Translations under genes and position numbers: made by a program
Notes under the pieces: generated by a model
Database searches by the model: none
What the model was told of the DNA's origin: nothing
The model's input: the letters and a program-made list of their open reading frames with translations, nothing else
Origin: Pyrinomonadaceae bacterium
Lineage (GTDB): Bacteria > Acidobacteriota > Blastocatellia > Pyrinomonadales > Pyrinomonadaceae
NCBI GenBank assembly: GCA_041940425.1
Contig: JBGTSF010000015.1
Location: forward strand, 5,076 to 69,075
Direction of reading: 5' to 3'
DNA: 64,000 nt
Part shown: in pieces, positions 8,896-17,653 of the stretch
How positions within the stretch are numbered: position 1 is the stretch's first letter
Layout of the letters: every line of letters starts with the position of its first letter

Positions 8896-10698
8896 ATGCC
8901 TCTGAAAACAAAAAAACTGCCGTTAATAATTTATATTCTGATCGCGCTGTTGTTGGTTGGAGTAGTGCCGCTCGTCATCACGGGCTGGTTTCTGTCGAAC
9001 CGCAGCGCGGTCGAACTCCGCGCCGCCGAAGGTCGTTATCAAACACAACTCGTGCAGGATAAAGCCCGCCAGATCGAACTTTTCGGTCAGCGTTACGGCG
9101 AACTCGTCCGCAATTTTGCCAAAGCTTTAGAACTTTCCAACGATCTGAAAATTTTATCTTCGCCGCAAACCGAAGAAAAACTCAGCGTAACTTTGAAGGA
9201 AAATCCGAATCTGATGGCTCTCTACATCAAGCCGGTGATGGAAGAATCGCTCGCGGTTTTTCGCCCGCAGATTCACCGGCAGGAAATCGAGGGGATTTCA
9301 GAAGAAATTATCAATAAACTAAGCGAAAAAAATCTGGAATTCGGTCAGCCGGTAAAAATTCAAACCAATGATGAAATCGTGATGCCTGTCGCCTCGCCCG
9401 TAATTATTAACGGAGAGACCTCGGCTGTGGTCGTAGCGGTCGTTTCGCTCAAGGAATTTTCGAGAATCATTCCCGAAAACCGCCCGATGAACGAAACCGA
9501 CTTGTGGAAAGCCGGACTGCCGATCGTTTTTGTCGTGGACGATAACGGCAAAGCGGTTTTTCATCCCGACGCTCAAGTCGTGGCAAACCGGAAAAGTCTT
9601 TCGGATTTAAGAATCGTGCAGGAATGGCAGCAGTCGAGCCGTCAGATCCAATCCGCGCTTTTTCCGTTTACGGCGACCTACGGGGAAAACGATTATCAAA
9701 TGATCGGCGCGTATTCGACCGCGAATTTTTCCAACGAATTGAAATTCGGAGTGATTGCGATGCAGGACGAAACCCGCGCATTGGCTTCGGTTTCCGATAT
9801 GCGCCGGAACACGTGGCTCATTAGTCTCGCGCTAGCCCTGTTCGCATTACTTCTCGGTTCAATCCTTGCCAGACAATTTACCTCGCCGATAGGAAATCTC
9901 GTTACCGCCGCGCAAAAAATCGCCGCGGGCGATCTCTCGACCAGGATCACGACGCAAAATATCAAGGAGATCGGAATTCTCGGCGACGCGTTCAACACGA
10001 TGAGCGGCAATCTGGAAGAATATATCGCCAAACTCGCCAGGGCGGCGGAAGAAAACCGCGAGCTTTTTGTCGGCACGGTCAAAGCGCTTGCCGCCGCGAT
10101 TGACGGCAAAGACCGCTATACGCGCGGTCATTCGGAAAGAGTTTCGCGTTTTTCGGTTGCCATCGGAAAGCGGATGGGAATGGATGAAGCGGAACTCGAA
10201 ACGCTTCGCATCAGCGCGCTGCTGCACGATGTCGGCAAAATCGCGATTGACGACAATATTCTGAAGAAACCGGCGGCATTAACGGATCAGGAATACGAGA
10301 TAATGAAGCAGCATCCGCAAAGAGGCTACAAAATTATGTCGCAGATTCCGGCAATGAAAGATTTTTTGCCTGGAATGTATATGCATCACGAAATGGTCAA
10401 CGGTCAGGGTTATCCGCAAGGACTTCGCGGCGAAGAGATACCTTTGCAGGCAAAGATCGTTTCGGTCGCCGATACTTTCGACGCAATGACGACCGACCGA
10501 CCTTATTCGAAAGGAATGAATCTCGAAGATGCTTTAAACCGGATCAAAAGTTTTGTCGGGACACGCTATGACGGCAGTGTGGTCGAAGCCCTGATTCACG
10601 CTTGTGCCGAAGGGCAAGTCCGTCCGGTCGGCGGCGCAGTTCGCCCGAAGACTGATCAAGGGCATATCGCCCAGGAAAAGTCTCAATTAATAACATAG
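8896..10698 (+). CDS. Membrane sensor with extracytoplasmic domain, HAMP and HD-GYP phosphodiesterase domain
   Basis: Two TM segments flank a domain of about 270 aa. HAMP (PIGNLVTAAQKIAAGDL). HD-GYP motifs (RGHSERV, LHDVGK, HHEMVNGQGYP). Confidence 0.85.
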   Translation: MPLKTKKLPLIIYILIALLLVGVVPLVITGWFLSNRSAVELRAAEGRYQTQLVQDKARQIELFGQRYGELVRNFAKALELSNDLKILSSPQTEEKLSVTLKENPNLMALYIKPVMEESLAVFRPQIHRQEIEGISEEIINKLSEKNLEFGQPVKIQTNDEIVMPVASPVIINGETSAVVVAVVSLKEFSRIIPENRPMNETDLWKAGLPIVFVVDDNGKAVFHPDAQVVANRKSLSDLRIVQEWQQSSRQIQSALFPFTATYGENDYQMIGAYSTANFSNELKFGVIAMQDETRALASVSDMRRNTWLISLALALFALLLGSILARQFTSPIGNLVTAAQKIAAGDLSTRITTQNIKEIGILGDAFNTMSGNLEEYIAKLARAAEENRELFVGTVKALAAAIDGKDRYTRGHSERVSRFSVAIGKRMGMDEAELETLRISALLHDVGKIAIDDNILKKPAALTDQEYEIMKQHPQRGYKIMSQIPAMKDFLPGMYMHHEMVNGQGYPQGLRGEEIPLQAKIVSVADTFDAMTTDRPYSKGMNLEDALNRIKSFVGTRYDGSVVEALIHACAEGQVRPVGGAVRPKTDQGHIAQEKSQLIT

Positions 10699-10775
10699 AA
10701 TTTTGCTATTGTGTTATTGAGAAATTGTTTTTTAATTTCATAGTTCGATTTCCCAAAATCGGGGAGGAAACGTAG

Positions 10776-12092
10776 TTGAAAGAAAGTAGTTCTACCCAAA
10801 AGAATACCGTTATTCAAAAAAAGGATGCTGAAATACTAACAAGTTTTCAGGTAAAAGCGGATAAAACAGTAGTTAAGGAAAAAGATGAGATCGCATCGAA
10901 AATTTGCTGTGCGGTTCATGGGGACCAAAAGCCGTATTGGGTCTGCACGGTTTGTAAAAATCTCTTCTGCAAAGCCTGTCCGGCATCAGACAGCGGCAGA
11001 TTGAAATTTTGTCCGTTTTGCGGCGGCACCTGCGTTTTATATTCCGGTCTCGACTGGAAATATAAAAAAGGACAAGCCAGATACAATGATTACGATGAAG
11101 ATGAAGTCAAAGAGACTAAAAAGAAAAGAGAACCGGTTAAAACCTCGATGGAGTTAATAGATTTTATGGCGGCAATGACCTACCCGTTTTATTATCCTTC
11201 AAGTCTCGCAATCGGCGTGATTCTCTATCTTTTTCTGATCTTCGGACAAATTATGACGGTTTTTGCAGGCGGATGGACTTTTTTAGCGACATTCGGATGT
11301 ATAGTCGTCGTCGTAATGATGAAATTCGGCGTGATGTTAAAAACAATTGAAAATTTCAGGCAAGCCGATTTCAAAAAGAGTTTTCTGCCGCGTATAAAAA
11401 AACTGACAATTCGGGAAGATTTATTTCATTCTTTATTTGTCGGGATAAGTGTATATATCGCGTCCTTCGGATTATTTGCGTTGATGGCGGTCTCGCTGGG
11501 AGTTTATGCGAGCAATTCAAATCCTGTGGATTTAGAAACAAAAGGCAAGGTTAGCAATAAACCAGCCGGTTCGACAAATTTTGATAATTCATTCCGAGAT
11601 ATAAAAGATCGTGAACAAAAGAAAATCCAGGATCAAACCCGTCAGAGCAGGTTTGAAAATGTATTCGGACGAAATTATTGGCTGGAAAGCAAGCAGTTCG
11701 AAAATTTTGTGGGTTCGCTGAAAAACTTATCTCCCGTTTTTTACCTCCCGGTATTTTTATCACTTGTCTTCGGATTTTTTTATTTTCCCGCCGCTTGCAT
11801 TTTGAGCAGTAAAAATCGTTCCTTCACAAACATTTTCAATTACAAAGCCGGTGTTAGGGAGATCAAATTTTTCAAATCAGATTATGTAAAAATCCTTCTG
11901 ATGATCTTTTGTTTCATAATCATTTTGATTTTGACGGTAGTCGGATTGATCTGGTTTTTCAATTTTTTGGAAATTCCCAATGTCGGAATTGTCGTTACTC
12001 TTCTTGCCGAAAGCGCGCTGATCTTATATTTTTGGTTAGCTTTTTCCGGTATTTTAGGCATTTTATTATGTAAAAAACAGTCAACCGGTTAA
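10776..12092 (+). CDS. B-box/RING-like zinc-finger protein fused to a polytopic membrane domain (paralog 1)
   Basis: TTG start preceded by ggggagga. Ligand pattern CxxH-x8-CxxC-x4-CxxC-x10-CxxC-x3-C. The membrane core shares TIENF and FYFPAAC motifs with the next gene. Confidence 0.7.
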   Translation: MKESSSTQKNTVIQKKDAEILTSFQVKADKTVVKEKDEIASKICCAVHGDQKPYWVCTVCKNLFCKACPASDSGRLKFCPFCGGTCVLYSGLDWKYKKGQARYNDYDEDEVKETKKKREPVKTSMELIDFMAAMTYPFYYPSSLAIGVILYLFLIFGQIMTVFAGGWTFLATFGCIVVVVMMKFGVMLKTIENFRQADFKKSFLPRIKKLTIREDLFHSLFVGISVYIASFGLFALMAVSLGVYASNSNPVDLETKGKVSNKPAGSTNFDNSFRDIKDREQKKIQDQTRQSRFENVFGRNYWLESKQFENFVGSLKNLSPVFYLPVFLSLVFGFFYFPAACILSSKNRSFTNIFNYKAGVREIKFFKSDYVKILLMIFCFIIILILTVVGLIWFFNFLEIPNVGIVVTLLAESALILYFWLAFSGILGILLCKKQSTG

Positions 12093-12201
12093 AAATACTG
12101 ATCGAACAAAAAAAAGCCGCCGGCGAATCCGATAATTTTTTACCCTCACAAATCTTCCAGCAAAAATTACATCTGCAATTCAATTTAATAAGAGGATAAT
12201 T

Positions 12202-13881
12202 ATGGTTGAAAAGGATTTTCAGGAAGTCTGGCAGGCTGATGTATTAGGTCAAATTTACGAAACAAATTTCGCGGAAATGGCTCAATGGATCGCCGAAGGC
12301 GCGCTGATGCCCGATGACAAAGTGCGGCGCGGAAATCTGCGCTGGCTCGAAGCCGGAAAAGTTCCCGCGCTCGTGCCTTTTTTTAACGCCAAAGAACAGG
12401 GCATCGAACCGCCGCAAGTGCAGACAAGCGTTACGGACGCGAATGATTCGCCGGTCGAAAATATTTCGACCGCGGAAAATTTTCACCCACAGAACGAAAA
12501 TGAAAATTCAGGGCTGAATTTTCAATCAGCACCGGACAATTTTTCCCATCAATCTGAGGCTTTTGACGAACCGAATTTTTCAAATGAACAGCCGTCGGCA
12601 AACATCTGCGTTCTACATCCCGAAGCGGAAGCGAAATTTCAATGTGAAACTTGCGGCAACGCTTTTTGTCCGCAATGCGTGAAGAGCTACGGCGGATCGG
12701 TCAAAATCTGCGCGATGTGCGGTGCGATGTGCAGAAGGATCGGCGAAAAGGATTTAAAGCAAGAAAGAGAAATTGAATATCAAAAAGCGATCGGCGAAGG
12801 TTTCGGCGCGAAAGACATCGGCAGCGCTTTTTCGCATCCGTTCAAATTCAAATCCAGTCTCGTCATCGGCGGCATAATGTTTATGTTTTTCACGCTCGGT
12901 CAATCGGCGGGCGCGATCGGCGGCATAATGATGTTTTTCGCCGCGCTGGTTTGTTTTATGCTGGCGAATATGCTCGCTTTCGGCATTTTGGCAAACACCA
13001 TCGAGAATTTTTCGCAAGGGAAACTCGAAGCCAATTTTATGCCGGATTTTGAAGATTTCAATCTCTGGGATGATGTCGTTCACCCGTTTTTTCTGGCAAT
13101 CGGAACGTATATCGTTTCGTTCGGAGCGTTGTTTTTGATAATAATTATCGGCGTTTACCTGATAATCAGTTCGATGACCGAACAGGTGCAGAAAATGCAG
13201 ACCGAACAGATAAAAGCGGCGAGCCCGTTTATGATTGACGAGAAAAAGGCTGTAGATCAATCGGAAGAAGTCAAAAAATTGGTTGACGGCATAAAGGAAG
13301 AAGCCGATGAAAAAAGACGCCTGACCGAAAGCGGTTTTTCCGAAGAAGTTTTAACGCGCGAAAAAACCGAAGAAGAAGAATTTGAAGAGATCAACCGGAT
13401 GATCCAGCAAAGCCGCAAACAAGAACTCGAATCAATCGTCGGAAAAACTGAAGACACCAAACAGGCGGAGTTTCAGCAGATGATTTCCGGCTTTTTGCAG
13501 ATGGGCGCGATTTTTCTGGTTTTAGGATTTGCGGCTTTTCTGTGGGGAATTTTTTATTTTCCGGCGGCGTGCGCGGTCGCGGGCTACACTCGCTCATTCG
13601 TGGCGACGATCAATCCGTCGGTCGGCATTGATACGATCAGAACGCTTGGCGCGGATTATCTAAAAATTCTCGGTATTTATATTTTGCTCCTTTTCGCGGC
13701 GGTGATCGTCAGCATAATTTTGAACATCATATTTTTACCGTTTATGCTTCCCGGAATGGGCAATCTTCCGGCAATCGCGGTTTCGAGCTGGTTTACGTTT
13801 TATTTCACGATCGTCTTTTCCTGCGTTCTCGGTTACGCCCTGTTTAAGAACTCCGACAAATTCAAATTTTACAGAGGCTGA
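12202..13881 (+). CDS. GYF_2-like N-terminal domain, B-box/RING-like zinc finger and polytopic membrane domain (paralog 2)
   Basis: Ligand spacing is identical to paralog 1 (CVLH-x8-CETC-x4-CPQC-x10-CAMC-x3-C). It shares the TIENF and FYFPAAC motifs. An E/K-rich insert lies between the membrane halves. Confidence 0.7.
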   Translation: MVEKDFQEVWQADVLGQIYETNFAEMAQWIAEGALMPDDKVRRGNLRWLEAGKVPALVPFFNAKEQGIEPPQVQTSVTDANDSPVENISTAENFHPQNENENSGLNFQSAPDNFSHQSEAFDEPNFSNEQPSANICVLHPEAEAKFQCETCGNAFCPQCVKSYGGSVKICAMCGAMCRRIGEKDLKQEREIEYQKAIGEGFGAKDIGSAFSHPFKFKSSLVIGGIMFMFFTLGQSAGAIGGIMMFFAALVCFMLANMLAFGILANTIENFSQGKLEANFMPDFEDFNLWDDVVHPFFLAIGTYIVSFGALFLIIIIGVYLIISSMTEQVQKMQTEQIKAASPFMIDEKKAVDQSEEVKKLVDGIKEEADEKRRLTESGFSEEVLTREKTEEEEFEEINRMIQQSRKQELESIVGKTEDTKQAEFQQMISGFLQMGAIFLVLGFAAFLWGIFYFPAACAVAGYTRSFVATINPSVGIDTIRTLGADYLKILGIYILLLFAAVIVSIILNIIFLPFMLPGMGNLPAIAVSSWFTFYFTIVFSCVLGYALFKNSDKFKFYRG

Positions 13882-13915
13882 ATTTTTCCGATTCACCCCG
13901 ACTGACAATTTCCGA

Positions 13916-13968
13916 CCTACTTGTTTATAATCTGTTATTTTGGAATTATAAACGGGTAGGTATTTTTT
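13916..13968 (+). terminator. Intrinsic terminator after the zinc-finger membrane gene pair
   Basis: 16-bp stem, cctacttgtttataat (13916-13931) with attataaacgggtagg (13945-13960), including two G-U pairs. Followed by tatttttt. Confidence 0.6.
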
Positions 13969-13972
13969 ATAT

Positions 13973-15004
13973 ATGGCATTTTGGAGAAGAAATAAGGAAG
14001 ACAAATTTTCGACCTCGGTTCTCGGTCTAGACAAATCCATCGAGGAACTGAAAGCGCAGGAAGAAGCGGTCGAAAAAGAACTCGGCGTGCGTTTTTACAA
14101 AGCGATCGAAAAAACGCGCGATTCGATGAACAACAAGCTCGACGCAGTTTTCGAAAGCCGGAAGAAAATTGACGAAGCATTTTTAGACGAACTCGAAGAA
14201 ATGCTCATCTCGACCGACATCGGCGTTTCGACGACGTTTCAGATTCTCGAAGCCGTCCGCAAAGGCGTTTCGCGCGAAGAGATCAAAGACCTCGACGCGC
14301 TCAAGCGGATAATGAAAAAAGAACTGCTCGACATTCTGCATCACTCGGAAGAAAAAGGCGTGGCATCGGAAACCGAAGTTTCGGATGCGATCAAACCGTA
14401 TGTTTTGATGGTCGTCGGTGTCAACGGTGTCGGCAAAACCACGACGATCGGCAAGCTCGCCAACCGCATCAAGGATGAAGGCAACAATGTTCTGATCTGC
14501 GCCGCCGACACCTTCCGCGCCGCCGCTTCCGATCAACTGGAAATCTGGGCGGAACGCGCCGGAGTTCCTTTAATTCAGCAAAAACAGGGAACCGATCCGG
14601 CGGCGGTTTTGTTCGACGCTTTGAAATCGGCAAAAGCTCGAAACTCGGATGTTTTGATAGTTGACACCGCCGGTCGCCTGCACAACAAATCGAATCTGAT
14701 GGCGGAACTCGAAAAAATGAAACGCATCGCCGGGCGCGAAGTGGAAAAAGCCCCGCACGAAACTTTGCTCGTCATTGATGCCGTAACGGGACAAAACGGC
14801 TTGGAACAAGCCCGCCAATTTATGCGCGTCGCCGACGTAACCGGAATCGTCCTTACAAAACTCGACGGCACGGCAAAAGGCGGCATCGCCGTCGCCATTG
14901 CCAAAGAGTTAAATCTCCCGATCAGATACGTCGGCATCGGCGAACAAGTCAGAGATTTAATGGTCTTCGACGCGGAAGATTATGTAAACGGTCTTTTTAA
15001 CTAA
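13973..15004 (+). CDS. ftsY: Signal recognition particle receptor FtsY
   Basis: SRP GTPase motifs [25 protein letters not shown]. Confidence 0.95.
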   Translation: MAFWRRNKEDKFSTSVLGLDKSIEELKAQEEAVEKELGVRFYKAIEKTRDSMNNKLDAVFESRKKIDEAFLDELEEMLISTDIGVSTTFQILEAVRKGVSREEIKDLDALKRIMKKELLDILHHSEEKGVASETEVSDAIKPYVLMVVGVNGVGKTTTIGKLANRIKDEGNNVLICAADTFRAAASDQLEIWAERAGVPLIQQKQGTDPAAVLFDALKSAKARNSDVLIVDTAGRLHNKSNLMAELEKMKRIAGREVEKAPHETLLVIDAVTGQNGLEQARQFMRVADVTGIVLTKLDGTAKGGIAVAIAKELNLPIRYVGIGEQVRDLMVFDAEDYVNGLFN

Positions 15005-15005
15005 T

Positions 15006-16106
15006 TTGAAAAACGAAGCGACAGAATTTGATATGAAAATGACGCGGCGTGCTTTGGAACTCGCGTCTTTCGGCATCGGGCAGGTCAGCCCGAGTCCGCT
15101 CGTCGGTTGCGTGATCGTTTCGGAAAACGGCGAAACGATTGGTGAGGGAACTTATATTTTTCAAAATGTTACGCATGCGGAAATTATCGCCCTAAATCAG
15201 GCAGGCGAACACGCAAAAAACGGGACGGCTTATGTTTCGCTTGAACCGCACGCTCATTTTGGAAGGACGAAGCCTTGTACGGACGCTTTGATAAACGCCG
15301 GAATCCGCCGCGTTGTCTGTCCGATCGAAGATCCGAATCCGCTTGTGTCGGGAAAAGGTTTCGAACAGTTAAGAAAAAATAAGATCGAAGTCGTTACGGG
15401 AATTTTGAAGGATGAAGCATCGCGGCTGAACGAAAAATTTTGCGTCTGGCATCAAAAAGGAAGACCGTTCGTGCATCTGAAATTGGCGATGAGTTTGGAC
15501 GCTCGGATTTCTTTGAAAAATTCGGTTTCGACGACGCTTTCGGGAAAAGAATCTGCCGCAAGAGTTCAGGATTTGCGGCACGAACACGACGCGATTCTGG
15601 TCGGCGGAAATACGGCGTTTGTTGATAATCCATCGCTGACCGACCGGAGCGGAAAGAAAAGGCGCAGAAAACTTTTTCGGGTGATTTTGGATAACAGTTT
15701 GAAAATCCCGGTTGATTCGACGCTTGTTCAAACGGCGAAAGAAACGCCGACACTGGTTTTTTCAAATTCGTCAGCCGAGCAAAAAATCGAAAAACTGATC
15801 GAATGCGGCGTTGAAGTTATAAAAGAAAATGCGCGTGATTTGAAAGCGGTTTTGGATGAATTGAAAAAGCGCGAACTGCAAAGCGTTCTGGTCGAAGGCG
15901 GGACGGAAATCGCGGGCGCGTTTGTTGACGCGCGGCTGGTTGACAAGCTGACTTTGATCGCCGCGCCAATCGTCATCGGCGGACATTCCGCGCCGCTTGC
16001 CGTCGGCGGAAAAGGCGCGGATTCGTTGGAAAACGCTCTCCGTTTGAAAGATTTGGAAATTATCAAACGCGGCGATGATTTTGAAATTACGGGTTATCCG
16101 GTTTAA
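15006..16106 (+). CDS. ribD: Bifunctional riboflavin biosynthesis deaminase/reductase RibD
   Basis: Deaminase motifs HAEI and PCxxC-like (EPHAHFGRTKPCTDAL), plus a C-terminal reductase domain. The start may be ATG 15033. Confidence 0.9.
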   Translation: MKNEATEFDMKMTRRALELASFGIGQVSPSPLVGCVIVSENGETIGEGTYIFQNVTHAEIIALNQAGEHAKNGTAYVSLEPHAHFGRTKPCTDALINAGIRRVVCPIEDPNPLVSGKGFEQLRKNKIEVVTGILKDEASRLNEKFCVWHQKGRPFVHLKLAMSLDARISLKNSVSTTLSGKESAARVQDLRHEHDAILVGGNTAFVDNPSLTDRSGKKRRRKLFRVILDNSLKIPVDSTLVQTAKETPTLVFSNSSAEQKIEKLIECGVEVIKENARDLKAVLDELKKRELQSVLVEGGTEIAGAFVDARLVDKLTLIAAPIVIGGHSAPLAVGGKGADSLENALRLKDLEIIKRGDDFEITGYPV

Positions 16107-17581
16107 GGCATCATAAATCCCAGATTCGTCGTTGAAAAATTGTCCAGATTCGGAAAAACATATTCCATATCGCCCGTTTCCAGACCGAACCAGTTTGCCA
16201 GAGTCGCGGCGTATTGTTCGACCGAAGTGGTCGGAATCCAGCGACCGCGGGTGATCGAACCGAAGTCGGCATCGTCCGGTCCGTTTTGGATGAGCGTCGG
16301 GAAAGGCGTGCCGTTCGATGTGTTCATCCCGTAGAAATCGCCGCCGAGAACCGCGCCGCCGAGAACTAATGCGTGATTTCCCCAGGCGTGATCGCTTCCG
16401 ACATTCGCGCCCGAACTCGCCGGATTGAATGTGCGGTTAAAATCCGACATCGTAAACTGCGTAACTTTATCGGAAATTCCCTGCGCCGTCATTTCATCGT
16501 AAAATGCCCGCATCGCTTGACTGACCTGCGCGAGAAGTCCGCCTTGCCCGGACAATTGCCCGGAATGCGTGTCAAAACCGCCGATATGACAGTAAAAAAT
16601 CTGGCGGTTAATATTTAAAATTTCGCGCGCCTTTATCATTCGCGCGACCTGTTTTAGTTGGTTGCCGAGTTCGGTGTTCGGAAATGTAACGGTCGTTTCC
16701 TGGTTGCTCTGCAAAGCCTGACTGATCTGCAAAGCCTGCCGATGAACATTATTAGAAGCCGTTACGATCTCCTGCTCCGCGTCGAGATTCAAAGCCGCGT
16801 TTAACGCCTCGAAACGCGCGTTCGAGATCGGCGAATTGTTATATCCGGTGAGCGACAGAATACTGCTCAGAGAAGTCGGCGCGGGCGCGAGAGAAACGGG
16901 CTGAGTGTTCATCCCGACCGTGAACAGAAGTGTTCCGGCAAACGAGCTGATCGTCGGGACGAGACCGAGCGGATTTGCCGTCGCGGTCATCTGGTCGGAA
17001 ATTCTGCCGCCCCAGCCGGTCAGCGTTACCTGATCGGAACGGCATGTGTGATGCTGGTAAATTTGATCGGTGTGAGAAAAAAGCTGAAACGGGCGCGGCA
17101 CTGCGCCGGTTTGATATTGCAAGCGCGTCATCGGCGCGACTAGCGTCCCGACATTTGTAACGACGGCGAGTTTTCCTTGCTGGAAAAGGTCGTGAATTCC
17201 GGCATTGACTCCGCCCGTAACCATTCCGAATCCCGGATGCAGACCGTAACTTAAATTTCCGATTCGCGGAACGGAGATCGGCAACAGCGTATTTTGCGCG
17301 AGTGCCAAACCCTGCGGGCTTCGCGCCGCGCTGTAATGTGAATAATTGCTGACGTTTTTGTCGTTGTGGATCGGAATGACCGTGTTGTTGCCGTCGTTGC
17401 CGCCCGTCATAAAAATACAGACCAGAGCGCGGAAATCGTCCGGCACGGCGTTCGCGTTTTTCCTCATGGATTTTTGGGCGAAAGCATTAACTAAACCGAA
17501 ATGACTCAACTGCGTGGCGAGAGCGGTCATACTCAACGCACTGCACGATTTTTTCAAAAATTCCCGTCTGTTTTCCATCAT
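16103..17581 (-). CDS. DUF1501-family protein with a twin-arginine signal
   Basis: Tat motif NRREFLKK at the N-terminus and a sulfatase-like DUF1501 body. Downstream partner of the DUF1800 gene. Confidence 0.85.
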   Translation of the reverse strand: MMENRREFLKKSCSALSMTALATQLSHFGLVNAFAQKSMRKNANAVPDDFRALVCIFMTGGNDGNNTVIPIHNDKNVSNYSHYSAARSPQGLALAQNTLLPISVPRIGNLSYGLHPGFGMVTGGVNAGIHDLFQQGKLAVVTNVGTLVAPMTRLQYQTGAVPRPFQLFSHTDQIYQHHTCRSDQVTLTGWGGRISDQMTATANPLGLVPTISSFAGTLLFTVGMNTQPVSLAPAPTSLSSILSLTGYNNSPISNARFEALNAALNLDAEQEIVTASNNVHRQALQISQALQSNQETTVTFPNTELGNQLKQVARMIKAREILNINRQIFYCHIGGFDTHSGQLSGQGGLLAQVSQAMRAFYDEMTAQGISDKVTQFTMSDFNRTFNPASSGANVGSDHAWGNHALVLGGAVLGGDFYGMNTSNGTPFPTLIQNGPDDADFGSITRGRWIPTTSVEQYAATLANWFGLETGDMEYVFPNLDNFSTTNLGFMMP

Positions 17582-17593
17582 AATTTCTCCGTT

Positions 17594-17648
17594 AGGGACG
17601 AGGGATGAGGGACGAGTGACTTTTTTTGGTCCCTCATCCCTCGTCCCT
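17594..17648. repeat. Perfect 20-bp hairpin built from heptamer repeats (AGGGAYG), between the DUF1800 and DUF1501 genes
   Basis: agggacgagggatgagggac (17594-17613) is the exact reverse complement of gtccctcatccctcgtccct (17629-17648), with a 15-nt loop. Confidence 0.85.
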
Positions 17649-17653
17649 TTTCC

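Noticed and set aside
15004-15033. FMN riboswitch expected upstream of ribD
   Set aside because: ribD starts 1 to 28 nt after the ftsY stop, which leaves no room for an aptamer. None is present.
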